DNA of 64,000 nucleotides from Eledone cirrhosa (taxonomy: Eukaryota): contig OZ024743.1 in the NCBI GenBank assembly GCA_964016885.1, positions 23,622,001 to 23,686,000 of the forward strand, written 5' to 3'. Position numbers and translations under genes: made by a program. The notes beneath the pieces are model-generated. The model had not been told where the DNA came from, did not search any database, and saw only the letters and a program-made list of their open reading frames with translations. Below are positions 1-10,779 of the stretch, one piece after another. The first letter of the stretch is position 1; every line of letters starts with the position of its first letter.

Positions 1-439
1 CTCCCTCTCTACCCTGATTTTCCTTTTCAAATGAAATCGGAAAAAGTTAATCAGGGCATCACCGAAGAGGTAAGTGCTCGTCTTCAGCTCTTTCAGACAC
101 ATCCACCATACTATCTCTTTCGCCATGACCACCAGACAGATAAAAACTGCCTGCCCTTCCTGGCTAAAGAAAGAGGGCGGGGCAATCCGCACGATGGACT
201 CAGCTGATAGTTGCATCCGTTCTACATGCGGCAGCAGGTGTTCAACATAAACCCACAAGTCAGCAATGCTTGAACACTGGACGAGTGCATGCAGGACGGT
301 TTCGTCGCCCTGCGCGCATCTCGGACATGCCCAGCTGACGGCACCTCCATGCCTGTAGAGTTTATCCTGAACTGGCAAAGCTCCTCGGTAGCACTGCCAG
401 GCCAGGGATTTCTGGAAGTTGTCCATAGGCCCCGGCCCG
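1..439 (-). mobile_element. 5'-truncated Tx1/L1-clade LINE, C-terminal part of ORF2 (zf-RVT CCHC region); runs off the window start
   Basis: Manual minus-strand translation is open across 1-438: ...SLAWQCYRGALPVQDKL...CPRCAQGDETVLHALVQC..IADLW...AKEIVWW...RKIRVERE, i.e. the Cx2C...ET..H...C motif of L1/Tx1 ORF2. Abuts (TAA)n at 440. Absent from the ORF track because there is no stop inside the window. Confidence 0.8.
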
Positions 440-454
440 ATAATAATAATAATA

Positions 455-638
455 ATTGTTTCTACTTTTGGCACAAGGCCAGCAATTACTTCAGTGTATT
501 ACTGATACTTTATTTTATCGACCCCATAAGGATGAAAGGCAAAGTTAACCTCAGCGGGATTTGAACTCATACCATAAAGGGCTGTAACTCTTTGCTGCAA
601 AGCATGGCATCCGACCCTCTACAGATACTGCCAATCCA
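455..638 (-). mobile_element. tRNA-derived SINE family A copy (~185 bp)
   Basis: Minus strand reads A-box-like tggcagtatc.gtagag, B-box gagttcaaatcc, body gcctttcatcctt..ggggtcgataaaataaagta.cag and tail ggccttgtgccaaaagtagaaacaa(tta)n. Near-identical to copies at 7308, 12787, 23793, 26533 and 37213. Confidence 0.85.
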
Positions 639-771
639 AATAATAATAATAATAATGATTTCATTTATTAGCCACAAGGGCCGAAATGTAGGGAACAATA
701 CAAAGACAGGGACAGTGGGGGTTTATAATAAGGTCGAGTAAAAGTGCACAATGGCAAGACTAATTTAACAA

Positions 772-772
<1 letters not shown>

Positions 773-832
<60 letters not shown>
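773..832. repeat. (AAT)n microsatellite
   Basis: About 20 perfect AAT units; shorter runs at 440-455, 640-657, 1501-1515 and 1782-1805. Confidence 0.95.
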
Positions 833-833
<1 letters not shown>

Positions 834-1500
834 TCAATGTGCAGTCCTATAGCTCCAACCGAATACCTAAACAGGCATGACAGAGCTGCACAATACATAC
901 ATTGGATAATGTGTAAGCATTTTGACCTGCCCCATCAAAAGAATTGGTGGGAGCATCAACCACCTCCCATACTTGAAAAAGATCACATCTCAATCTTGTG
1001 GAACTTTAGCATCCAAACAGTCCGAAAAATAGATGCAAATAGACCTGATATAATATTGAAGGACTTTAAAAAGAGGGTATGCCTGCTAATTGATATGTCC
1101 GTTCCAATAGACAAGAATGTATCTATAAAAACATTTGAAAAATTGAGCAAGTATAAGGACCTGGAGATAGAAATTGGAAAAATGTGGAAATTGAGAACTA
1201 AAACAATACCAGTGGTTGTAGGCGCTCTAGGAATGATACCTAAGGGGTCTAATGATTACTTATCGCAAATCCCAGAAAACCCGCGTATAGGAGAAATACA
1301 AAAGATAGTACTAATGGGAACTGCCCATATACTAAGGAAGATTCTGTCAATATAAGTACATCACAAGTCTAAACACCTAAAGATGCATGTGTGAGTATGT
1401 ATGTTCTTTCTTGAATGTGGCGGACCTTGTTGTCTCTTGAGGTCACTGGTTGTGACTTGGTGATAACTCGTATGAACATAAAGCAAGATAAATGCAGCTG
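833..1500 (+). mobile_element. 5'-truncated R4/Dong-like non-LTR retrotransposon (restriction-like endonuclease C-terminus + 3' UTR)
   Basis: ORF part 838-1355: C..IAPTEYLNRHD..AQYIHW...ILWNFSIQT...ANRPDII...LIDMSVP...EKLSKYKDL...PVVVGALG...LMGTAHILRKIL*, the RHD + PD..D RLE signature. Flanked on both sides by (AAT)n, the known Dong target. Confidence 0.8.
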
Positions 1501-1515
1501 TAATAATAATAATAA

Positions 1516-1782
1516 TGTAAAAAGGATTTGGAACTGCCATGAGGTCAAAGTGGTCCCGATTGTCATAGGCGCACTAGGTACTATCTCAAGGAGTTTCCAA
1601 GGATGGTTAAAGAAAATTGGTCCCGCCCCGCTTTTTGGAACACTTCAAAAGGCATGCTTGCTGGGAACAGCAAGAACCCTCCGATACGTCCTGAATATCT
1701 GAGGCTGCAGGTAGTGGCTTGATATTCATTTCAACAAACTTTCCAGTTAAATAACATCGATGACTGAGACTCAAAGAACAGT
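1516..1782 (+). mobile_element. Second, shorter R4/Dong-like 3' fragment from a different family
   Basis: KRIWNCHEVKVVPIVIGALG...LQKACLLGTARTLRYVLNI* is homologous to the end of the 833-1355 ORF; bounded by (AAT)n on both sides. Confidence 0.75.
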
Positions 1783-1949
1783 AATAATAATAATGATAAT
1801 AATGATTTCTTTATTGGCCACAAGGGCTGACATCAAGAAAAACATTACAGATGGCACAGGACGGTACAGGACGGTACAATGTGGGTTTTGTGTGTGTAAA
1901 GATTTTTATTATTTATAAAAGAAAAGAAAAGGAAAAGGCATAGAAACAT

Positions 1950-1989
<40 letters not shown>

Positions 1990-2184
1990 AGGGAATGAAT
2001 TCTGTGAGAGAACATCGTTATTTTTTTCTCCCTCATATCAAGAATTTGAAGACAATTCATTTTTACCTGATGAGGTCAGTGATGATCGATCATGGCTTCA
2101 CAATCGATCTATCATAATCGTGATTAAATGATTGGAATTTTACCTTGCCTTCGGATTTTCATTTTGATATATATATTTAATTTT

Positions 2185-2441
2185 ATTTCATTCCTTGTAT
2201 TTTGATCATGCTTTATTTTTATTTTTATTTTTAATTTCATTCGCACCGTTTCCTTTCGCTATATGTCTCTCCACCACTCCCCTACACACCCTTTGAACTC
2301 TGTTCCCACACACTTCTCACCTGAGGAAGGGCTTATGCCCGAAACGTCGTTCCCCACCACCACCCCACTCTCCAGAGCGTGAAATTAATAAACATTCGTT
2401 GTACTGCCTCTCTGTTTTGTTCCTGTTCAAATTTTTCCATT
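2185..2441 (+). mobile_element. Penelope-like pseudo-LTR 3' fragment, inverted relative to the main element, with hammerhead-like core
   Basis: Reverse complement of 2802-3065; contains ctgagga-a-gggc-ttat-gccc-gaaacgtc at 2321-2348. Confidence 0.8.
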
Positions 2442-2446
2442 ATATA

Positions 2447-2781
2447 TCATCATTTCATTTTACGTCCGCTTTTTCCCTGCTTGCAAGGGTGGGACGGGAA
2501 CTGATTCTGGCTTGATTTCTACAGCTGGATGCCCTTCCTAACACCAACCTCATTTACAGTGAGTGCTGGGTGCTTTTTTGCCGTGGCACCTCCACGACCA
2601 CTTTGCAGTGGAATGATATGGACCCCAGTCCCTATCATCTCATTTCTACAGCTGAGTAAACTGGAGCAATGTGAAATAAAGTGTCTTGCTCAAGGAAACA
2701 ACACATCACCCGGTCTGAGAATTGAACTCACAACCTTTCGATTGCAAGGCCAATGCTCTAACCACTAAGCCATATGCCTCC
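2447..2781 (-). mobile_element. tRNA-derived CORE-type SINE family B with RTE-type 3' tail
   Basis: Reverse complement of 6314-6654: tRNA-like head, CORE-like ccttgagcaagacactttatttcacattgctccagtttactcagctgta segment, and (GAT)n tail. Confidence 0.85.
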
Positions 2782-2801
2782 ATATATATATATATATATA
2801 T

Positions 2802-5800
2802 AATGGAAAAATTTGAACAGGGACAAAACAGAGAGGCAGTACAATAAATGTTTATTAATTTCACGCTCAGGAGAGTGGGGGATAAGTGGGGGACGACGTT
2901 TCGGGCATAAGCCCTTCCTCAGGTGGGAAGTGTGTGGGAACAGAGTTCAAAAGGTGTGTAGGGGAGTGGTGGAAAGACATATAGCGATAGGAAACGGTGC
3001 GAATGAAAAAAAACAAATAAAGATAAAAAATAAAAATAAAGCATGATCAAAATACAAGGAATGAGAAAATTTAAAAATAAAGGCATGATCAAAATAAACT
3101 GAAATTAAAAGGGGGGTAAACAGGTGGTGGAAGGGTGAGGGGTGAGTAGGGTGGTGGCGGGTGGAGTGGGGAGAGGGAGACGGGGTGTCCGAGCGGGGAG
3201 GGCTGAAGGTGGTGTGTGTGTGTAGGTGTGCGTGTGCGTGTGTGTGTGTGTATGTGAAAGTAAGGGTTGGGGGAAAAACGGGGTTGCATGTTCAGGAAGG
3301 GGTGTGTGTGGGGGGTGTTTTTGTGGGTCGGAGTGTCTGTGTGTGTGTGGATAGGGGGGTGGGGGGAGAGGAATCAGGAGGCTGAGGGTGTAAATATGTG
3401 GTGGGAAGCACGTGTGTGTGGGGTTTAAGCGTGTTGTGGGTGTGGGTGGCGTGTGGAGAAAAAAAATTTGGGGGGGTGTGTGTGCGGGTGAGTTATATAG
3501 GTGATTACGCAAGAGGATGGTTGAAAAGTTGGTAAGTTCCAAGGATGTTAGTAGATTGTTTGTAAGTCAAATTCTGCGTGTGGGTAATCCATGAAGTGGT
3601 GGTCGGAAGAGGAGAGATGTGGGGTGCGCGTGCAACAGCAAGTGGTCAGCAGTGGGAGTGCTGTGGTCTATTGGTGCTGGGAGGTGGCCAGAGGGCACAG
3701 CAGCAGTCAGTGGAATGGTAGGAGGCGAGGATGGGTAGGTGTGAAAGTTGGAGTGAGGAGGGTGTGTGTGTGTGTGTGTGTATTAGTAGGGGTGTTAGTG
3801 GGATGAGTGAGTGTGGAGCGAGGGTGTGGGTGGAGTGGGGAGAGAAGGGTGTGTGTGGTTCTATGGAGGGAGTGTGGTGTACTGGTGTGTGTGTAGTTTG
3901 ATGAAGAGGTGTTAGTGGGTGTTAGTATACGGGAGGTGTGGAGGGGTTGAATGGAGGTGTGGGGGTGAGAGGTGTGGGGGTGAGAGGTGTGGGGGTGAGG
4001 GTTAGTGGTAGTAGTAGGGTGTGTGTTTAGTGTGAGCGCGTGTATATATGTGCCGGTGGGTGTGCGCGTGTGATAAGGAGGGGGAGGAGGAGAAGAGAGG
4101 AGGGAAGGGATGTTAGTATGTTAGTTGGGGAAGGGTGGTCAGATGAGGGGTGGAGTGGAGGTGTTAGTATTGTTAGTGTGGGGTGGGCGGTGAAAAGGAG
4201 GGGTGTGTTAGTGGTGTTAGTGGGGGATAAGTGTGGGGGGAGGGGGGCGGTCGAACGCTAAAGGAATAAGGGTGGGGAGTTCAGGCCGGGGGGAGTGTGG
4301 GTCTGTAAGATGAAGATAGTTCGTTGTTCGACCGTAAGGCGATGGGCGGGTGTTCCGTGGCACTGGAGTAGGCCACAGACTGTGAGATGGCGTGCGGAGT
4401 GTCCAGGGCCACCAAAGTGACGGGCGATGGGGGAACTGCCCCCGAGACGAATATCCCGGAGGTGTTCCGTGACTCGGTCCGCCAGGCGACGTCCCGTCTG
4501 TCCGACATACGTAGACTAGGTTGGAGGAGGTGCAGCGGAAGGCATGCCGGACCGAGAGAGAGTGTCCGTTGGGACCCTGGAAGGTGGTGGTGTTGGTGAT
4601 GTGGGGACAGGTGTTGCAGCGGGGCCTAGAACAGGGAAAGGAACCGGGGGGGGGGAACAGAGCGTGGGTTGGGGGTAGGGAGCTGTGGACGAGGAGGGTG
4701 CGGAGATTGCGTGTGCGTTTGAAGGAGGGGAGTGGTGGGGTTGGGAAGATGTGGAAGGTGGAGGGGTCGGACTGGAGGCGCCGGAAGAGGCGGCGGATGG
4801 TGCGGTGGAGGGGTGGTAGGTGATGGGGAAGGGGAGACGGTGGGTGGATGTGCGGTGGCGTGGGGTGAGGGTGGTGGAGCGGGGGACAGCACGGGCGCGG
4901 GTGAGAGCGGTGTAGACGAGAGAGGGGGGGTAACCTCTGCGGATGAAATGGCTGACTAAGGAAAGGGCCTGGGACTCGAAGTCAGCATCTCGGCTACAGA
5001 GGCGGCGGATCCTGAGAAGTTGGGAGTAGGGAATGGAGTGTTTAGTGTGGGTGGGGTGGGAAGAGGGGAAGTCGAGGTAAGAGTGGGAGTCGGTGGGTTT
5101 GAAGAAGGCGGAGGTGACGAGGGAGTGGTGGGAGGGGTCGAAGGCGACGGAGATGTCTAAGAAGTGGACGTGGGTGGTGGAGATAGAGGTGGTGAAGTGG
5201 AGGGAGGGGTGGAAGGAGCAGAAGAAGGAGAGAAAGGAGTCGAGCTGTTCTCGGGTGAGGGTCGTGGCTCCGATACAGTCGTCAATGTAACGACCGTACA
5301 GTTCGGGCGTGGGGCCGATGTACTGGGAAAAGATTTGGGCCTCAACATGGCCAACAAAAAAGTTGGCATAGTTCGGGCCCATTCTTGTACCCATGGCTAC
5401 CCCCGTGACCTGTTGGTAAAACTCACCCGAGAAGGAGAAACAGTTGAGGGTGAGGACCAGCTCGGCGAGGCGAAGGGTGGGGGTGGAGGGAATGGGGGAG
5501 GGGCGAAGGTCGAGGTAGTGTTTGAGGGCGCGAAGGCCGTCGGCGTGGGGGATGACTGTATAGAGGGACTTGATGTCTAGGGTGAAGAGGAAGGGCTGTG
5601 GGCCGGGTAGGTAGGTGAAGGAGTCGAAAAGGCGCAGGGCGTGGTTGGTGTCAGAGATGTGGAAGGGGAGGGTGGTGACAAGGGGGGCGAGGAGGGAGTC
5701 GAGAAAGGCGGAGATGAGTTCGGTGGGGCAGTTGCAAGCGGAGACGATGGGGCGGCCGGGGTTGTCGGGTTTGTGGAGTTTGGGGAGGAAGTAGATGGTG

Positions 5801-6019
5801 GTGGGGGTGCGGGGGGTGCGGACGATGAGGTGGGAAGCGGTGGGGGGAGGAGGGAGGAGGCGATAAGGTCTTTGATGGTGGAGGAGACTTGTTGTTGGTA
5901 GAGGGGGGTGGGATCGGAGGGAGCGGAGAGCGAGGAGTTCGCCCCGTGAGATGTTGTGCCGTTTGGAATGGTGGCGGAAGTCGAAACGATTTACTGCGCT
6001 ACGGCTGGCATCGACGAAG

Positions 6020-6021
<2 letters not shown>
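2802..6021 (-). mobile_element. Penelope-like retroelement (Neptune-type): RT + Cys linker + GIY-YIG endonuclease, frameshifted, with long C-rich 3' UTR/pLTR
   Basis: Minus ORF: [67 protein letters not shown]. Shifted frames give [12 protein letters not shown] and TSSNLVY/YVGQTGRRLADRVTEH...PPGLN (stop at 4258-4260), with a deletion inside the GIY-YIG motif. Both ends abut (TA)n. Confidence 0.9.
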
Positions 6022-6307
<286 letters not shown>

Positions 6308-6313
6308 AAATAT

Positions 6314-6654
6314 GGAGGCACATGCCTTAGTGGTTAGAGCATTGGCCTTGCAATCAAAAGGTTGTGAGTTCAATTCTCAGACCGGGTGATGTGTTGTTTC
6401 CTTGAGCAAGACACTTTATTTCACATTGCTCCAGTTTACTCAGCTGTAAAAATGAGATGAAAGGGACTGGGGTCCATATCATTCCACTGCAAAGTGGCCG
6501 TGGAGGAGCCACGGCAAAAAAGCACCCAGCACACACTGTAAATGAGGTTGGTGTTAGGAAGGGCATCCAGCTGTAGAAATCAAGCCAGAATCAGTTCCCG
6601 TCCCACCCTTGCAAGCTGGGAAAAGCGGACGTAAAATGATGATGATGATGATGA
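6314..6654 (+). mobile_element. SINE family B copy
   Basis: ggaggcacatgccttagtggttagagc (A box), gagttcaattc (B box), CORE-like body, tail cccgtcccacccttgcaagctgggaaaagcggacgtaaaa(tga)n. Confidence 0.85.
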
Positions 6655-6744
6655 TATATATAAAAGACATAGAAACATATATATATATAAACAATAAAAA
6701 TGAAAATTGAAACAATTTAAAAGTTCCCAATAATGATAATAATA

Positions 6745-6950
6745 ATGGTTTCAGATTTAGGCACAAGACTATCAATTTTGGGGGAGGGAAAAGTTGATTA
6801 AATCAACCCCAGTGCATTACTGGTGCTTTATTTTATCGACCCTGTAAGGATGAAAGGCAAAGTTAACTTCGGTGGGATTTGAACTCAGAACTTAAAGGGA
6901 CGTAACTATGTTGTCCGATGCTCTACTGATTCTGCCAATTAACTGCCCTT
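6745..6950 (-). mobile_element. SINE family A (older variant)
   Basis: ttttatcgaccctgtaaggatgaaaggcaaagttaac...gggatttgaactcag, flanked by (AAT)n. Confidence 0.75.
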
Positions 6951-7307
6951 ATGATAATAATAATAATTTTTTTTTTTCTCTCTGTAGGACAGACAGAGAA
7001 TAAAGGTGGTTACGGATGGAATATTTTACAAGAATATTCTCCATGATGTATAACACCCACACTGATGATGTGTTGCTCTAGCGCCATCATTTAAAATTGA
7101 CCAATGATAGAGCTGGTCAAGAGAATAAGGAGAGGGGGGCATATCAGGGGGAGAGAGAGGGGTGAGAGAGTGAGAGTGAGAGAGAGAGAGAGAGAGAAAT
7201 GGAAAAGATGGACAATCTCAGCAGACAAAACGCTATCTCATATGAACAAAGCTTGAAAAAGAGCAGATGATTTATTATGTGACCAACAGACAAGAAATGA
7301 AAATAAT

Positions 7308-7493
7308 TGTTTCTACTTTAGGCACAAGGCCAGCAATTACCCAGTAGATTACTGGTACTTTATTTCATCGACCCCATAAGAATGAAAGGCAAAGTTAACC
7401 TCGGCGGGATTTGAACTCAGACTGTAAAGGGACGTAACTATGCTAGAAAGCATGGCGTCCAACCCTCTACCGATACTGCCAATTCACCGCAAT
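7308..7493 (-). mobile_element. SINE family A with 19-bp target-site duplication
   Basis: gacaagaaatgaaaataat occurs at 7289-7307 and 7494-7512. Confidence 0.9.
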
Positions 7494-7699
7494 GACAAGA
7501 AATGAAAATAATGTTTGTCTGTAACATATGTTTCTATGATATGCTACAGTTGTAATGTCTTTCGTTTCATGTTAGTTATATATTGAACAAATTTAAGAAA
7601 AATATTAGGAACAAAAACAAAACAGCAGTTGTTCATTGTTAACAGTGCCTGGTAGTAACACCATAAATCTAGTTGATTTTGAACTATACTAACTAACCG

Positions 7700-8012
7700 G
7701 GTAGACTGGGTGGTTTCTAATCATGTCAACAGCATTACCACTATACAGGGTGGACTGGGAGCCTCTTGTATCACCAGCACAACCACCTTACAGAGTGGAC
7801 AGGGTGCTGCTTCTTGTCATTTTACCAATACAACCACCTTACAGAGTAGACAGGGTGCTGCTTATTGTCATTTTACCAGTACAACCACCTTACAGAGTGG
7901 ACAGGGTGCTGCTTCTTGTCATTTTACCAGTACAACCACCTTACAGAGTGGACAGGGTGCTGCTTATTGTCATTTTACCAGTACAACCACCTTACAGAGT
8001 GAACAGGGTGTT
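7700..8012. repeat. 51-bp minisatellite (about 5-6 units) related to an internal SINE/RTE-UTR module
   Basis: aaccacc(ttacagagt) recurs at 7781, 7832, 7883, 7934 and 7985 (period 51). Degenerate arrays of the same module lie at 8290-8630 and 27280-27520. Confidence 0.85.
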
Positions 8013-9121
8013 TTTGTTCTTGAGGCACTAGATTGTCATACAGTATGGACAAAATGCTTTTTTGTCAAGTCAGCAGCATTATGGGAGGAGGTGGAGCAGA
8101 TTTAGAACATATCCAGCTTTCCATGTTTGTATGCATGGGTTGGACAGATATGTAAATATGTAAAATATATAAATTATCTTCATGATCACTGTTTAACGTT
8201 CATTTTTCTATGGGTTAAATGAGTTGACTCATTGTGAGACAAGTCAGAGCAGATGACCATGTCTTGTTCATATAGAACCATTTCTGGTTTGGTTTCTATG
8301 GCTGGATGCCTTTCCAAATGCCAATCACATTTATAATGTGGACTGGGAATTTTTAACATGGCACCAAAACAGCCAACAAACAGTTGCACTGGGTGCTTTT
8401 AGTCATGTCACCAATACAACCACTTTACAGAGTGGACTCGGTGCTTTTTTTCGAGTTACCAACATGATGACTTTACAGGGTGGACTAGGTGCTCTTTTGT
8501 CATGCCACAGACATAAGCACTTTGCAGGGTTGACTCGGTGCTTTTTGTCAAGTCACCAACATGACAACCTTACAAGGTGGACTGGGTGCTCTTTTGTCAT
8601 GACTCCAGCATAAGCACCTTTCATGGTGGTTTAGGGCAGAAGGGGAACCCTTTTTATGTTGAAAGGCTGCATTAAGTTACTTGTAACATAATATGACTGC
8701 ATTCAAGAAACCATAATTATTTATTCTTAAAATCTACTTCATTTTGTAAAAATCTAATTACTACATACTAATTATATAAAAAAATTTGTTTAATTATTTC
8801 AAATCTAACTGCCTTTAAATGATTGATTCTTTTAAGGAGAGCTATAACTGATAGGCAGCATGGGTTAGCTTTAACACTTTAGCATTTAAATCAGCCATAT
8901 CCAGCCAGAATTCTCTTGCCACTTTCTGTTCAAACTGGCCATAACTGGCTGCGCATACTTATGTTAAGGTATTGTTCTCAAAATAAACATTGAAATCTCG
9001 TAGATTTGATATTATGTGAGCTAATTATGTGATATAAAGTGTTTACTGTTAAAATACAATGGCCCTTAAAATCTACTAATTTTTAAATTCTGGCTGTCTG
9101 TTAGTGTGGATTATTTTGTTG

Positions 9122-9187
<66 letters not shown>

Positions 9188-9214
9188 TATTCAACAAAAT
9201 AATCCACACTAACA

Positions 9215-9263
<49 letters not shown>

Positions 9264-9422
9264 AAGGGCATCCAGCTGTAGTAAACAAGCCCAAAATGGA
9301 ACTTATGAGTAGTATTTCGTCACCTGATCTGTCTGTTCTCAGAATGTGTCAACCCATCTAATCTATGCAAGCAGTGTAAAGAGCAATGATGGCAATGATG
9401 GTGATGATACATATATATACAG

Positions 9423-9462
<40 letters not shown>

Positions 9463-9547
9463 GTTGATGGGTGAGAAAAAAGAGTACTCAATACCAAAAT
9501 AGAGTTTTAATATACAAACCCATGCAAGCGTGGAAGATGGACGTTAA

Positions 9548-9580
<33 letters not shown>

Positions 9581-9582
9581 AA

Positions 9583-9631
9583 TCATGTCTGATGACCTGT
9601 GATAAACAGGCGAAACTCCAGAGTAACAAGA
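9583..9631 (+). ncRNA. Type-I hammerhead ribozyme motif (slightly degenerate)
   Basis: tcatgt-CTGATGA-cctgt(gataa)acagg-c-GAAA-ctc(ca)gag-TA/acaaga: stem II 5 bp, stem III 4 bp, GUA cleavage triplet, stem I 5/6 bp. Confidence 0.7.
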
Positions 9632-9896
9632 CTCACTGTTTGGCCTTCATAAAATGAGTATATATATATATATATATAAATTCAGTGAGAATCGCATTTC
9701 GGCAGGTAGAAAAAACGAAACGAAACGCAAAATCAGAGTTACACTAGCAAGCACTCTATAGTTAAACAACCAGAGCTAAACATATATGTTAAAACGCCAT
9801 ACAAACTAAAAAAGTGGTCAAGAAGGCATTAACCACCTAAGCCAAAAATCAAGTCAAGCTAAACAGGTCAAACAAAATAAATGATAAAATCATATT

Positions 9897-10227
9897 TCAT
9901 TTTCATTTTACGTCCGCTTTTTCCCAGCTTGCAAGGGTGAGACGGGAACTGATTCTGGCTTGATTTCTACAGCTGGATGCCCTTCCTAACACCAACCTTA
10001 TTTATAGTGAGTGCTGGGTGCTTTTTTGCCGTGGCACCTCCACGACCACTTTGCAGTGGAATGATAGGGACCCAGTCCCTATCATCTCATTTCTACAGCT
10101 GAGTAAACTGGAGCAATGTGAAATAAAGTGTCTTGCTCAAGAAAACAACACATCACCTGGTCTGAGAATTGAACTCACAACCTTTCGATTGCAAGGCCAA
10201 TGCTCTAACCACTAAGTCATGTGCCTC
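9897..10227 (-). mobile_element. SINE family B copy
   Basis: Near-identical to 2447-2781. Confidence 0.85.
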
Positions 10228-10230
10228 TAT

Positions 10231-10592
10231 ATCATCATCATCATCATCATCATCATTTAACGTCCATCTTCCACGCTTGCATGGGTTTGGACGGGAGTTT
10301 TCCCACTTGAGGCAAGATTTGTTGTCCTGCTCGTATAGGACTGTCTGGCGGGTTTTCTACGGCTGGATGCCCTTCCTAACACTAACCATGTTTACAGTGT
10401 GGACTGGGAGGTTTTTACCGTGTTACCTACACAGCCACATTACAGCGTGGACTGTGTGTTTTTTTGTCATGACACCTACACGTCTGGCGGGTTTTCTATG
10501 GCTGGGTGCCCTTCCCAACACCAACCACATTTACAGTGTGGACTGGGAGGTTTTTACTGTGTTACCTACACGGCGACATTACAGCATGGACT
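10231..10592 (-). mobile_element. 3' UTR fragment of RTE family A with two copies of the 112-bp module
   Basis: Reverse complement matches 45110-45360 and 60540-61015; (CAT)n tail at 10231-10256. Confidence 0.8.
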
Positions 10593-10779
10593 GATTTATA
10601 TACATACATGCATATATATATATGTGTGTGTGAGTGTGTGTGTGTGTGTGTGTACATACATACACATGATTTATTCATATATCTACATATACAAGGGTGG
10701 TGCCCCAGCTAAGCCTCAGCCGGATGGCTGGAACAGTTAAAAGAGTAGCACACATAGAAGCACACACACACATAAATAG

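Noticed and set aside
2529-2768. Recurrent small ORFs starting MPFLTPT (also at 6354, 10506, 60454)
   Set aside because: Antisense translations of the shared SINE/UTR module, not a gene family.
3100-5900. G-rich + strand ORFs and G-quadruplex cluster
   Set aside because: Antisense of the C-rich Penelope-like element; compositional, with no independent evidence of function.
6314-6390. tRNA gene
   Set aside because: A/B boxes are present, but it is the head of a multi-copy SINE and continues into the SINE body; the same holds for family A heads.
7710-8105. 17-aa repeat protein or CRISPR-like array
   Set aside because: Contiguous 51-bp tandem units without unique spacers, SINE-related, eukaryotic context, no cas genes.
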